A stretch of 64,000 nt of DNA, taken from positions 864,001 through 928,000 of the forward strand of contig CAWIGG010000002.1 of the NCBI GenBank assembly GCA_963835575.1, in the 5' to 3' direction. Source of the DNA: an uncultured Spirochaetota bacterium (GTDB lineage Bacteria; Spirochaetota; Brevinematia; Brevinematales; JAOACQ01). Below are positions 51,801 through 60,198 of this stretch, one piece after another (within the stretch, counting starts at the first letter, position 1; the number at the start of each line of letters is the position of its first letter). The notes below the pieces were generated by a model that searched no databases, was not told where the DNA came from, and saw only the letters and a program-made list of their open reading frames with translations. Made by a program: the position numbers and the translations under genes.

Positions 51801-52352
51801 AACTAAGAGTTCTTCAGGCATATTATGGTTTTGAACTTCCAGATAAAAATATTCCTTTCCGAAAACATCAAGATACCAGGCAAGAGATTCATCAAGCTCT
51901 TTTTCTTTCTTATCTAAAATAAGTTTCGGGATTTCCCCGCTGAGGCATGCCGTTAAAACCACCAAACCATTACTGTATTCCTGCAAAAGTTCTTTATCGA
52001 TCCGGGGCTTGGAATAAAACCCTTCCAGATACCCGAGAGAAGTCAATTTGATGAGGTTTTTAAAGCCGTTATAATCCCTGGCGAGAAGAACAATATGATT
52101 GTATTTGTCCTCTTTATCTTTTTCAAAACGGCTTTTTGGAGCGATGTAGAGTTCGGCCCCATATATTGGTTTAATATTCTGGTTAGAACATTCCTTGTTG
52201 AATTCCATCATGCCGAACATATTGCCATGGTCGGTCAGAGCGACAGACTCCTGTCCGAATTCCTTAGCCCGGCTTACCAGATCTTTTATTTTTGTTATTC
52301 CGTCTAAAATGCTGTAATGAGAATGGTTGTGCAGATGAATGAAGTCTGACAT
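48891..52352 (-). CDS. dnaE: DNA polymerase III alpha subunit
   Basis: HLHNHSHYSILDG PHP domain, GRGSAAG, PDIDVD, KMDILGL, YAFNKSH. Confidence 0.98.
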   Translation of the reverse strand: MSDFIHLHNHSHYSILDGITKIKDLVSRAKEFGQESVALTDHGNMFGMMEFNKECSNQNIKPIYGAELYIAPKSRFEKDKEDKYNHIVLLARDYNGFKNLIKLTSLGYLEGFYSKPRIDKELLQEYSNGLVVLTACLSGEIPKLILDKKEKELDESLAWYLDVFGKEYFYLEVQNHNMPEELLVTAKMIEISQKTGIKLIATNDSHYIHKEDAKLQEIVFAIRDKTTLKDPNRYKFQNEEFYFKPPVEMETLFKEIPESLYNTKKIAEMCSFDIRFIKHLPLFPLPDGETAESYLERLCGDGLNKRFKQQVPDVYRQRLEMEVDLIKKMGFSNYFLIVSDFVSYAKNKGILVGPGRGSAAGALISYILSITDVDPIKYGLLFERFLNPERISMPDIDVDFQDDRRDEVKEYIRTKYGYDKTADIITFGVMKSRASLKDVGRVMEIPLENVNRTTKLIDNKMANEVLTDVINKIPEIKKMYQNGNAGEKEWIGYSAKLDGTIRNIGTHASGLIISDSPLTDVVPLYKDMSSGLISTQFEGDYLEKNGLLKMDILGLSNLTMIKDCLLKIRKNHNIKIDITNIPYDDNEVFKLFWHGETMGIFQFESPGMTDYLKKLKPTSLDDLIAMNALYRPGPMDFIPTFIARKQGKEAIDCFHPKLEPILKSTYGVIVYQEQVMQIAQTLAGFSLGKADVVRRMMAKKKPEELDKIRPEWIEGALKQGFSKELAEKIFEILIPFSNYAFNKSHSAAYAILAYQIAYLKAHYKLEFISSLLTLNMSNSDNIRLYCQEAIANGIKILPPDINQSFWEFKEIPDTKDPSIIFGFGGIKGLGESISLAIIEEREMGGNFNSFDDFIHRIIKHDEFKKASVEILIKTGCFDSFYSPADYLKEKALLTYNLDNYILQVGKNLKDKKDGKLNLFENAENGLQPVHMQKNVKPFTLKDDFENEVALFGFYLSGKLFAHHKKEYGTLSHCSFELISKLKPGTNILLWGFINNLAVKITSNNKNYAILSLDNGISNFKLYLFSEKYEQYKNYLIDNNFIMMRTAVSEGKNGIQFDVSSIKPIESLSQERFTELHICLENIDSLDMIKQSLQSVKKIAENPSSQGIIRIIFHIIEEKECDVIYASDKYRVKYSHALMQEIIRIPNIIGYWLY

Positions 52353-52450
52353 AATTCCCCTCAATAAATAACCCTTCATATTATATTTTAAAAAGTGAAT
52401 TTTAGCAAAAGAACTGTTTTATAATGAGGAAAAGGCATTTCTATGATGCA

Positions 52451-52479
52451 TTGACAAAAACTCGATGCGAAATTATCAT
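52451..52479 (+). promoter_or_regulatory. Sigma70 promoter abutting the queD start codon
   Basis: TTGACA-17-TATCAT; ATG begins 6 nt after the -10 box. Confidence 0.65.
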
Positions 52480-52484
52480 ATTTT

Positions 52485-52853
52485 ATGAAGCTTTTATTGT
52501 CTCAGGAATTCAAATTTGATGCCGCTCATAATCTGATCAATTACCATGGAAAATGCGAGAAATTGCACGGGCATACTTATAAGCTTCGTGTGACTCTTGA
52601 AGGAAAACCGGATCCGTTAACAGGCATGTTAATGGATTTCAGTATCTTTAAAAATTTAGTAAATGATAAGATCATTGAAAAATTGGACCATAGTTATATT
52701 AATGATAACATTAAACTATCCACAGCGGAAAATATTGCCGAATGGATCTGGAACAGACTTGAAAAACCTTTGAAAGGCGATAATTACAGTCTTTTTGAGA
52801 TTGTTTTATGGGAAACGGAGACGAGCTTTGTAACTTTAAGAAATGACTCTTGA
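52485..52853 (+). CDS. queD: 6-carboxytetrahydropterin synthase
   Basis: FDAAH, CEKLHGHTY, LDH, TAENIA, WET. Confidence 0.93.
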   Translation: MKLLLSQEFKFDAAHNLINYHGKCEKLHGHTYKLRVTLEGKPDPLTGMLMDFSIFKNLVNDKIIEKLDHSYINDNIKLSTAENIAEWIWNRLEKPLKGDNYSLFEIVLWETETSFVTLRNDS

Positions 52854-52865
52854 GGAGATCAATCT

Positions 52866-53636
52866 GTGCGCGATATTCAAAATGAAAGAGATGACAGAAA
52901 GATGCCGATCCATAAGGTGGGAATTAATAATTTAAGCTATCCGATCAGTGTTCTGGACAGGAAAGGCGAATTTCAGCATACTGTTTCGCATATAAATATG
53001 TATGTTGACCTGCCGCATCATTACCGCGGCACGCATATGAGCCGTTTTCTGGAGGTGATCAGCCGCCACAGCATGAATTTAAACCTGAATAATCTGGATA
53101 AAATTTTAAAGGAAATAAAAGAGACTTTTAAGTGTGAAACAGCCCACCTTGAATTGGAATTCCCTTATTTTATATATAAAAAAGCCCCCGTTTCGGGAAT
53201 AGAAAGCCCGATGGAATATATCTGCCGTGTCGAGGCAAAAATGGGCGGTGCGCAAAGGCTGGAGCTTCTGGCAGAGGTCAATGTACCGGTGCATAATCTC
53301 TGTCCATGCTCAAAAGAAATAAGCCGGTTCGGCGCTCATAATCAAAGGGGTATGATCAAAATCAGGGTTATCTCTTCCAAAATGATCTGGTTTGAGGAAT
53401 TAATCGAAATAGGGGAAAAATGCGCTTCGGCGCCCCTATACAGTCTATTAAAAAGAGAAGATGAGAAATATATTACAGAACTGGCATTTAATAATCCCCG
53501 TTTTGTGGAAGATTCGGCAAGGGAAGCCGCCCTCGCTTTAAATAAAGATCCGAGAATAAGCTGGTATTCTGTAGAAGTAACTAACTTTGAGTCGATACAT
53601 AATCATAATGCTTACGCATTTATCAAAAAAAATTAA
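52866..53636 (+). CDS. folE2: GTP cyclohydrolase I type 2
   Basis: GTHMSRF, LCPCSKEIS, AHNQR, LKREDE, FVED, ESIHNHNA. Confidence 0.96.
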   Translation: MRDIQNERDDRKMPIHKVGINNLSYPISVLDRKGEFQHTVSHINMYVDLPHHYRGTHMSRFLEVISRHSMNLNLNNLDKILKEIKETFKCETAHLELEFPYFIYKKAPVSGIESPMEYICRVEAKMGGAQRLELLAEVNVPVHNLCPCSKEISRFGAHNQRGMIKIRVISSKMIWFEELIEIGEKCASAPLYSLLKREDEKYITELAFNNPRFVEDSAREAALALNKDPRISWYSVEVTNFESIHNHNAYAFIKKN

Positions 53637-53645
53637 GGAGGTTTT

Positions 53646-54734
53646 ATGCCGGCAAAGAATATTTTGAGAGGGGTTTTAATCATTGCTTTTTTATTTTCAA
53701 TGAGTTCGTTTTCTTTCACACAGAGGCTTGCCAAGGATGTCAAGACCGCATTGGTAATGGGAGATGTAGGAAAGGTAAAGTCCTGGCTTGACGCAAAAGG
53801 CAATGTTAATGCTAAAGATGAATCAGGCTCTACGGCTTTAATGATAGCATTAGCGGGTAATTTTGATGAAATTGCCAAACTGCTCATAGAAAGAGGCGCA
53901 AATGTAAATTTAAAAGATAAATACGGCCGTACAGCGCTGATATATGCTTCAGAAAAAGGAAATGTAGACATTGTTAAGCTGTTGCTGATAAAAAAAGCGG
54001 ATTTAAAGGCAAGGGACAGGAAAGGTTATTCCGCACTGAGATATGCTTGTGAGAAAAATCAAATATTAACTGCGGAAATGCTGATTGCCAATAGAGCAAA
54101 TGTGAATGATATGGATAATAATACTAAATCAATATTGATGAGTGTATCATTTAATGGTTTTGGAGAAATCGCAAAAATGCTCATTGATAAAGATGTAAAT
54201 GTTAACGCAAAAGATACAAAAGGCTGTACTGCTTTAATGTATGCTTCGGATAAAGGGCATACTGAAGAAAACGGGAATATCGAAATTACAGGAATGCTTA
54301 TTAAAAAAGGCGCTGATGTGAACGCAAAGGATAAAGATGGTAAAACAGCATTAATGAGGGCCGCATCGGCGGGGCATAGTAATATTGCAAAATTGCTCAT
54401 TGATAAAAGAGCAAACGTCAATGCCGCTGATAAATATAATCATACTCCTTTAATGTATGCTTCGGAAAAGGGGTTTAAAATTGAAACAAGCCAGATTAAA
54501 ATCGCGCAGATGCTTTTAGATAAAGGCGCCGGTATCAATGTGAAAGATAAATACGGCAGTACGGCGTTAACAGAGGCATTGAAAAATGATCAGCCTCAAA
54601 TTGCCAAAATGCTCATTTTAAAGGGGGCGAATGTCAATGTTAAAGATGAATACGGCCGTACTGCAATGGCGCTGGCAGAAAGTAAAGGGTATGGTGAATT
54701 ACTAACTCTAATGAAACAGCATGGCGGCAGATAA
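53646..54734 (+). CDS. Exported ankyrin-repeat protein
   Basis: Signal peptide plus about 9-10 G.TAL..A...LI..GA.VN repeats. Confidence 0.93.
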   Translation: MPAKNILRGVLIIAFLFSMSSFSFTQRLAKDVKTALVMGDVGKVKSWLDAKGNVNAKDESGSTALMIALAGNFDEIAKLLIERGANVNLKDKYGRTALIYASEKGNVDIVKLLLIKKADLKARDRKGYSALRYACEKNQILTAEMLIANRANVNDMDNNTKSILMSVSFNGFGEIAKMLIDKDVNVNAKDTKGCTALMYASDKGHTEENGNIEITGMLIKKGADVNAKDKDGKTALMRAASAGHSNIAKLLIDKRANVNAADKYNHTPLMYASEKGFKIETSQIKIAQMLLDKGAGINVKDKYGSTALTEALKNDQPQIAKMLILKGANVNVKDEYGRTAMALAESKGYGELLTLMKQHGGR

Positions 54735-54865
54735 AGGATAGAGTTTTAAAAGATAATATTTTTTTACCGATTTTACCTTAAATATTCTTCCAGCGGGTTA
54801 TTGTCTTAATGCCTATTATTTATTATATTAATAAATTGATTGTCTGATTCGGGAAAGAGGTTAGA

Positions 54866-55327
54866 ATGCGTATTGAAACAAGACTTGTTTCAGCTAAAGA
54901 TAAATTAAAAAAAGGAAAAGTAATTGATAAAGCTGATGGAAAATTTGTTGATACTCTCAATCAAATCGAAAATGAAGCGGAAATTGATTTCGATCTTGAA
55001 AATGTTCAGCAGAAAGATTTAAAAAAATTAGCCGACCTTATTTCTAAATTCGGAGAAAATCTTTCCCAAAATCCGACGCCTGATAATTTTAATCAGTATA
55101 AAAAATATATTAAACTCTTTATTACCGCCCTTCAAAATAATTTTGAAGTAAAAGACACAATATCAAGGATAACCTTTACAAAACAAAAACTCTATAAAAC
55201 TATAGAAAATATAGACTCAAATTTATCTGAACTCGCGATAATGATCCTTTCCAATGAAAAAAACAGGCTTAATTTTCTTAAACTGGTCAACAGCATCAAA
55301 GGTCTTATCATTGATCTTATTCTTTAA
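54866..55327 (+). CDS. YaaR/DUF327 family protein
   Basis: GE.L..NP...YKK.IK.F, IKGLIIDL. Confidence 0.8.
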   Translation: MRIETRLVSAKDKLKKGKVIDKADGKFVDTLNQIENEAEIDFDLENVQQKDLKKLADLISKFGENLSQNPTPDNFNQYKKYIKLFITALQNNFEVKDTISRITFTKQKLYKTIENIDSNLSELAIMILSNEKNRLNFLKLVNSIKGLIIDLIL

Positions 55328-55375
55328 TCTGAATAGAGCGATTTTCCATTAAAGCAAGAAACAATCTTGAAAAGG

Positions 55376-56299
55376 TTATTCAATTTTAGGTTTTTTCTGT
55401 TTGACAATCGGAGAAGGCTGCATGTTATAAACATTGGTAAAGGGCGGAACCGAGTGCGTCAGCCAGACGTTGCCTCCGATGACAGAATCATGTCCAATAA
55501 CGGTATCACCGCCTAAAATTGTAGCTCCGGAGTAAATAACCACATTGTCTTCAATATCAGGGTGCCGTTTGATGTTCTTGATCGGATGGCCTTCTTCATC
55601 CAGCGGGAAACTTTTTGCTCCCAGCGTGACGCCCTGATAAAGCTTGACATTATCGCCTATTTTACATGTTTCTCCTATCACAACGCCGGTCCCATGATCA
55701 ATGAAAAAAGAGCATCCGATTACAGCTCCCGGATGAATATCTATGCCGGTCTTTTGATGCGCATACTCTGACATGATACGGGGTATGACAGGCACATTGT
55801 TTTTATAGAGAAAATGAGCCAGACGGTGTATGCTGAGCGCTTCTATTGATGGATAGCTAAGCAGAATTTCTTCTTCAGATTTGGCCGCAGGGTCTCCATT
55901 ATATGCTGATTTGATATCCTGCTGGAGTATGTCCCTGATGCCGGGCAGACTATCAAGCAGATCAATTGTTATCTGGTTGGCCTGATCCCTGCAGTTGCAT
56001 TCTTCGCAATTGTCTTTTCCGCAATAAAACTCAAAAGCCTTTTCCAATACTGAAGAGAGGTCAATAGCCGCTTCTCTCAGAAGATTCCCTATAAGTATAT
56101 TTATTCTGGATTTATCGATCGGCTGTTCATCAAAAACTCCCGGAAATAGAGCCCCGCGAAGTTCATTGATGATTTTATAAACGGTTTCTTTGCCGGTAAA
56201 ACCGATTGTGTTTTCTTTTATAATGATCTGATGATTAACTTTTTCAAGTTTTTGGGCTACTGCCGGCAGCTCCCTGTTCAGCCATTCATTCAGCTTCAT
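55376..56299 (-). CDS. cysE: Serine O-acetyltransferase (EpsC/CysE type)
   Basis: GDPAA, TGIDIHPGA, FIDHGTGVVIGET, KRHP. Confidence 0.92.
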   Translation of the reverse strand: MKLNEWLNRELPAVAQKLEKVNHQIIIKENTIGFTGKETVYKIINELRGALFPGVFDEQPIDKSRINILIGNLLREAAIDLSSVLEKAFEFYCGKDNCEECNCRDQANQITIDLLDSLPGIRDILQQDIKSAYNGDPAAKSEEEILLSYPSIEALSIHRLAHFLYKNNVPVIPRIMSEYAHQKTGIDIHPGAVIGCSFFIDHGTGVVIGETCKIGDNVKLYQGVTLGAKSFPLDEEGHPIKNIKRHPDIEDNVVIYSGATILGGDTVIGHDSVIGGNVWLTHSVPPFTNVYNMQPSPIVKQKKPKIE

Positions 56300-56318
56300 A
56301 AAACCTCCGTCTATTAAA

Positions 56319-56519
56319 TTAAGCGTTTAATTTCAGGTTTTTAATATTTTCTGAGATTTTTGGAAAGGATTTAAGCGCTTCAATATAAAGGCATTGACCG
56401 ATAGTATGTTCCGGATTTACATAAAAGGTACAGTTAATGTTCGCCGCATCTTTATTTGTCCAATCAAATGGATCGCAATATTCTTTTGTTATCGGGCAGA
56501 CCTTATTTGACTTTGCCAT
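56319..56519 (-). CDS. Small Cys-containing hypothetical protein
   Basis: 66 aa, strong SD (AGGAG), four Cys; directly upstream of cysE. Confidence 0.6.
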   Translation of the reverse strand: MAKSNKVCPITKEYCDPFDWTNKDAANINCTFYVNPEHTIGQCLYIEALKSFPKISENIKNLKLNA

Positions 56520-56592
56520 AATAACGCTCCTTAATATCAGAATGATAATGAATTATAAATCAAATACATAAAAAATACAAAAATACAATAAT

Positions 56593-56621
56593 TTGACAAC
56601 AGACTGAGTATTGGTTAAAAT
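56593..56621 (+). promoter_or_regulatory. Sigma70 promoter upstream of tRNA-Arg
   Basis: TTGACA-17-TAAAAT. Confidence 0.75.
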
Positions 56622-56629
56622 ATTCCTCT

Positions 56630-56651
56630 AGCGGGAAAGTCCCGCTTTTTT
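56630..56651 (+). terminator. Terminator-like hairpin between the promoter and the tRNA
   Basis: AGCGGGA-AAG-TCCCGCT followed by a T-run. Confidence 0.55.
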
Positions 56652-56666
56652 CATTTATATCATAAC

Positions 56667-56740
<74 letters not shown>

Positions 56741-56752
56741 AAGATTCATATA

Positions 56753-56916
56753 GGGCGGTTCAAAAAACCTAAAGTTTTTTGAACCGCCATGATTATAAAA
56801 AACTTTTTGGGTAATTGTGAAGACGCTGCCGCGTGGAGTTCGCGAAGCGAACTTAGCGGCCGCATGGTTCAGGACATTATAGGCAGTTCTAAAAACTTAC
56901 ATTTTTAGAACTGCCC
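56753..56916. mobile_element. MITE/REP-like tri-hairpin element, copy 3
   Basis: GGGCGGTTCAAAAAAC..GTTTTTTGAACCGCC; internal GAGTTCGC-GAA-GCGAACTT; GGCAGTTCTAAAAA..TTTTTAGAACTGCCC. Confidence 0.8.
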
Positions 56917-56918
56917 TT

Positions 56919-56946
56919 AAAGCGGCATTTATTAATGCCGCTTTTT
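56919..56946. terminator. Bidirectional terminator
   Basis: AAAGCGGCATT-loop-AATGCCGCTTTTT between convergent units. Confidence 0.85.
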
Positions 56947-56947
56947 C

Positions 56948-58363
56948 TTATCTCTGATAAATTTTCTTTATTGTCCTCATAAATTCATCCCCTTCAATCA
57001 GGCGGGAATTTTTAATCAGGTAGTGTGTGACGGCGTCTTCCCTCACTCCTGAAAGAGAGTAAATCTCGGTATTTTGAGGCCTTACGCCGAAGCTGTTTAA
57101 CAATATTTCAATGTCCGTCAGCTTGCTGAATGGGATCGGCTCTATATGGCGGTAGAAAACTACATAAAAAACGCCCTTGGAGTAAATATAATAATCATTA
57201 TGTTTATACATCAATCTGAAAACATGCTTGGAGAGGATTTTACGGCAGACTGAATCGAAATTTTTAGTTTCGTTGTCTTCATTGCTGGTAAAATAATGAA
57301 TTAGATAAGAATGGGGCAGTATTTTCTTATAGCGCTCGTACATGATTGATGCATCCTTGAAATTCGCATTCATCATATAAATACGCTCGAAGTTTTTAAG
57401 AGCCTGGTATTCTTCACCCGTGTTCCAGAGAAGATTCGCGTAAAGGTAAATGAGTTCTGTTTTTGTTTCCTCTGATGAAACTAAAGAAAGATATTCAGAC
57501 ACATAATGGATGCCTGAGTGATAATCTTTCACTTTGATGAATAAGTTTATGATTGAAATCTGGCAATCTTCGCAGATTTTTTGAAGAGTGCTGGATTCGC
57601 TGTTGAATTTACTGTTTTTCCAATCATTTTCCAGGACAAACTGATATTGTTTTATGGCCTCATTGTATTTTTTCAGGTTTTCAAGACAGCGCGCTTTATA
57701 ATAGAATATCTCATAATTCTCCGGGTCGTATTTTTCAAGAAGGCGGAATTGTTTCATGGCATTTTGATAACTGCCGCTGTCAAAGAGCAGTTTTCCATAA
57801 AGGAAGCGCGCGTCAAGAAGACCGCTTCTTCTTTTTAAAACTTTCTCCAGATATTCTCTGGCTTTTTTAAAGCTTTTGTTTTTATATTGGAATAATGCGA
57901 GATCATAAAGCGCTTCCACATTCCCTTCATCTTTTTCTAAAAGCATCAGATAATAAGCCAGCGCGTCCTTAGATTTTCCGAGCTTGCCGTATATCTTTGC
58001 GATATGAAGAAGAATAGAAGAGTAAAGCTTTTTAGATTTTGTAGAAAGAACTGCCGCTTCCTGATAAAATTTCAAAGCATTGGTGAGCGAGTCCTGGGCT
58101 TCATAAGCCTGGGCAAGGTAATACATGATAAATAAACTGTCGTCTTTTCTTTTAGATTTTTTATTGTCAATGAATTCCTTCGCCCTGTTGATAACATCAT
58201 TGTAGTCTCTGCTTTTCAATTTCCTTGAGAGGATTTTTTCAATAGCCTGATGAAAAAATAGGGAACGGATAGATAAAAATATTATACCAGCTAATAAAAA
58301 CACAATTATTGAAGCGAATATAATAAGCAGATCGTCCTGAATTTTTAAAAAATCCATATTCAT
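56948..58363 (-). CDS. Membrane-anchored TPR-repeat protein
   Basis: N-terminal TM; multiple TPR-like helices (YYLAQAYE, ALYDLA, ARFLYGK). Confidence 0.8.
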   Translation of the reverse strand: MNMDFLKIQDDLLIIFASIIVFLLAGIIFLSIRSLFFHQAIEKILSRKLKSRDYNDVINRAKEFIDNKKSKRKDDSLFIMYYLAQAYEAQDSLTNALKFYQEAAVLSTKSKKLYSSILLHIAKIYGKLGKSKDALAYYLMLLEKDEGNVEALYDLALFQYKNKSFKKAREYLEKVLKRRSGLLDARFLYGKLLFDSGSYQNAMKQFRLLEKYDPENYEIFYYKARCLENLKKYNEAIKQYQFVLENDWKNSKFNSESSTLQKICEDCQISIINLFIKVKDYHSGIHYVSEYLSLVSSEETKTELIYLYANLLWNTGEEYQALKNFERIYMMNANFKDASIMYERYKKILPHSYLIHYFTSNEDNETKNFDSVCRKILSKHVFRLMYKHNDYYIYSKGVFYVVFYRHIEPIPFSKLTDIEILLNSFGVRPQNTEIYSLSGVREDAVTHYLIKNSRLIEGDEFMRTIKKIYQR

Positions 58364-58481
58364 ATCTATTTATTATAGACTAAATGAGATAGACTATCAA
58401 ATAATAACAACTTGATTTGTATTTTTAATATTTATCATCTATAATTTAAATTATTTTAATAATTAAAAACAGGAGGTTATT

Positions 58482-58748
58482 ATGGCTGTTGAAGTAAAAA
58501 AGCTCTCGAAAGATGAGTTGGAAAAAATGGGTGTATTCAAATGGCCGGTCTGGACAAAAGAAGCGTCGGAGTTCGACTGGTCTTATTCGGAAATGGAAAG
58601 CTGCTATATCCTTGAAGGCGATGTTGAAGTAATAACGCCCGAAGGCGCTGTTCATTTTGAAAAGGGTGATTTTGTGGTATTTCCCAGGGGATTATCCTGC
58701 GTCTGGAAAATCAAGAAGGCAGTAAGAAAACATTATAAATTCGGATAA
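58482..58748 (+). CDS. Cupin domain protein (DUF861)
   Basis: WPVW, ESCYILEG, GDFVVFPRG, VRKHY. Confidence 0.9.
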   Translation: MAVEVKKLSKDELEKMGVFKWPVWTKEASEFDWSYSEMESCYILEGDVEVITPEGAVHFEKGDFVVFPRGLSCVWKIKKAVRKHYKFG

Positions 58749-58752
58749 ATGA

Positions 58753-59478
58753 TCAAGGCCAGAGAAAAGCGATATTTGTTTTATTACTCCATCCTTCGCG
58801 CCCGTCAATTGTATCAATCAGATAAAATCCTTCTTCTTCCTTTTTAACAGTACATTCCATTCCCTGCATAATATCGGTAATTTTAATGGAGGCTGGCGCA
58901 GGCCTTTCATTTAATGGAGATTGTGCTGTTACAACAGCGCTTTTATTATCAAAAATAAATGAATAACGGATTACAGAAGAAAATAGATATACAATTCCGA
59001 TAACGATAACAATTATTGAAAATATGCGGATATATTTATAATTAAATTTCAAAAAAGGGATTTCGATCTGAGAAAAATAAAGCGAAATAGAAATACTTCC
59101 CAGGATGAATAAAATCAGGCCTAAAAAGAAGCCTGTATTAAGGCTGAAAAGTGTAAATGGAAATAGTATGATTTTTTCCAGAGGGGTTAATTCAAAAAGG
59201 TAAAGAGGTATTCCCAGAGTTTCACGGGCCGAATTGAGAGCTTCTTTTATTTCAGAGTCGCCGGGATCAAGGACGGACGCTTTTTTTAAGTTTAAAACGG
59301 CATTGCCCATATCACCTGATCGGAGCGATGTTATACCGAGATTATAAAATATTTTTGAATCGTGGTGGTGTAATGAAAGTTCGTTTAAATTACTGATTGT
59401 AAAATCCTCGGCCGCAGCAAAAACAGAACTGAATATTATAAAAAAAATAAATAGAAACAACAGAATGATTTTTTTCAT
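58753..59478 (-). CDS. BatE-like TPR/TM/SH3 protein
   Basis: YNLG TPR, two TMs, C-terminal SH3-like DGREGW. Confidence 0.7.
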   Translation of the reverse strand: MKKIILLFLFIFFIIFSSVFAAAEDFTISNLNELSLHHHDSKIFYNLGITSLRSGDMGNAVLNLKKASVLDPGDSEIKEALNSARETLGIPLYLFELTPLEKIILFPFTLFSLNTGFFLGLILFILGSISISLYFSQIEIPFLKFNYKYIRIFSIIVIVIGIVYLFSSVIRYSFIFDNKSAVVTAQSPLNERPAPASIKITDIMQGMECTVKKEEEGFYLIDTIDGREGWSNKTNIAFLWP

Positions 59479-59481
59479 TAT

Positions 59482-60198
59482 TTATTTACTCTTTTCTTGT
59501 GTTAAGCTGTGTGTATAATCATTCAGTTTCTTTTTAGCATTTTTGATTGATTCATTCAATACCTCTTCCGGATTATTGCAGAGTTTTCCATGTCCGGGGA
59601 AGATCCGTTTAATTTTATATGTATTAAGTCTTTCCAGTGAATTGATATAATCGCCATAACTTCCGGAATCGGATATTTTGGAGATAACTCCTCCGGCAAA
59701 GACGGTATCTCCGGTAAACATGAGATTTTTAAACGGTTCATACAGGCAGATGCAGCCGGATGTATGGCCGGGAGTTTGGAGGACTTTCAGCTTATAGTTG
59801 CCGAAATCCAGCAAAACCCTGTTTTCAAGCCAGATATTGATTCTTGTTTTTATAGCTTCTTCACCATGAACAGCGGCATGGATGACATATTCATCCTGGA
59901 GTTCAATTTTTGTCGCCGCGAAACGGTCTGCTGCCAGAAGGGCCGTTTCATAAAAAAAACTGATCCCGCCGATATGGTCGTAATGCTCATGAGTGCAGAT
60001 GACCAGATGAATATCACCGGCTTTTAAACCGACTTTTGCCGCTGATTGAACTATGCGGCTGAAATTACTTTTTGTGCCGGTATCAATCAATACATTTTTA
60101 TAGAGACCTTTGATAAGATAGGCATGAGAACTGGGATTTTGCCCGTAGATAATGAAAATATTTTCTTCTATCTCATCCATCAATTTAATGTTTGTCAT
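59482..60198 (-). CDS. MBL-fold metallo-hydrolase
   Basis: THEHYDH, TPGHTSG, FTGD, PGHG. Confidence 0.92.
   Translation of the reverse strand: MTNIKLMDEIEENIFIIYGQNPSSHAYLIKGLYKNVLIDTGTKSNFSRIVQSAAKVGLKAGDIHLVICTHEHYDHIGGISFFYETALLAADRFAATKIELQDEYVIHAAVHGEEAIKTRINIWLENRVLLDFGNYKLKVLQTPGHTSGCICLYEPFKNLMFTGDTVFAGGVISKISDSGSYGDYINSLERLNTYKIKRIFPGHGKLCNNPEEVLNESIKNAKKKLNDYTHSLTQEKSK

Noticed and set aside
48891..52352. Intein or split in dnaE
   Set aside because: Normal length and continuous motifs
56741..56950. Integrative element attached to tRNA-Arg
   Set aside because: No integrase and no duplicated tRNA 3' end seen in the window; only the miniature repeat follows
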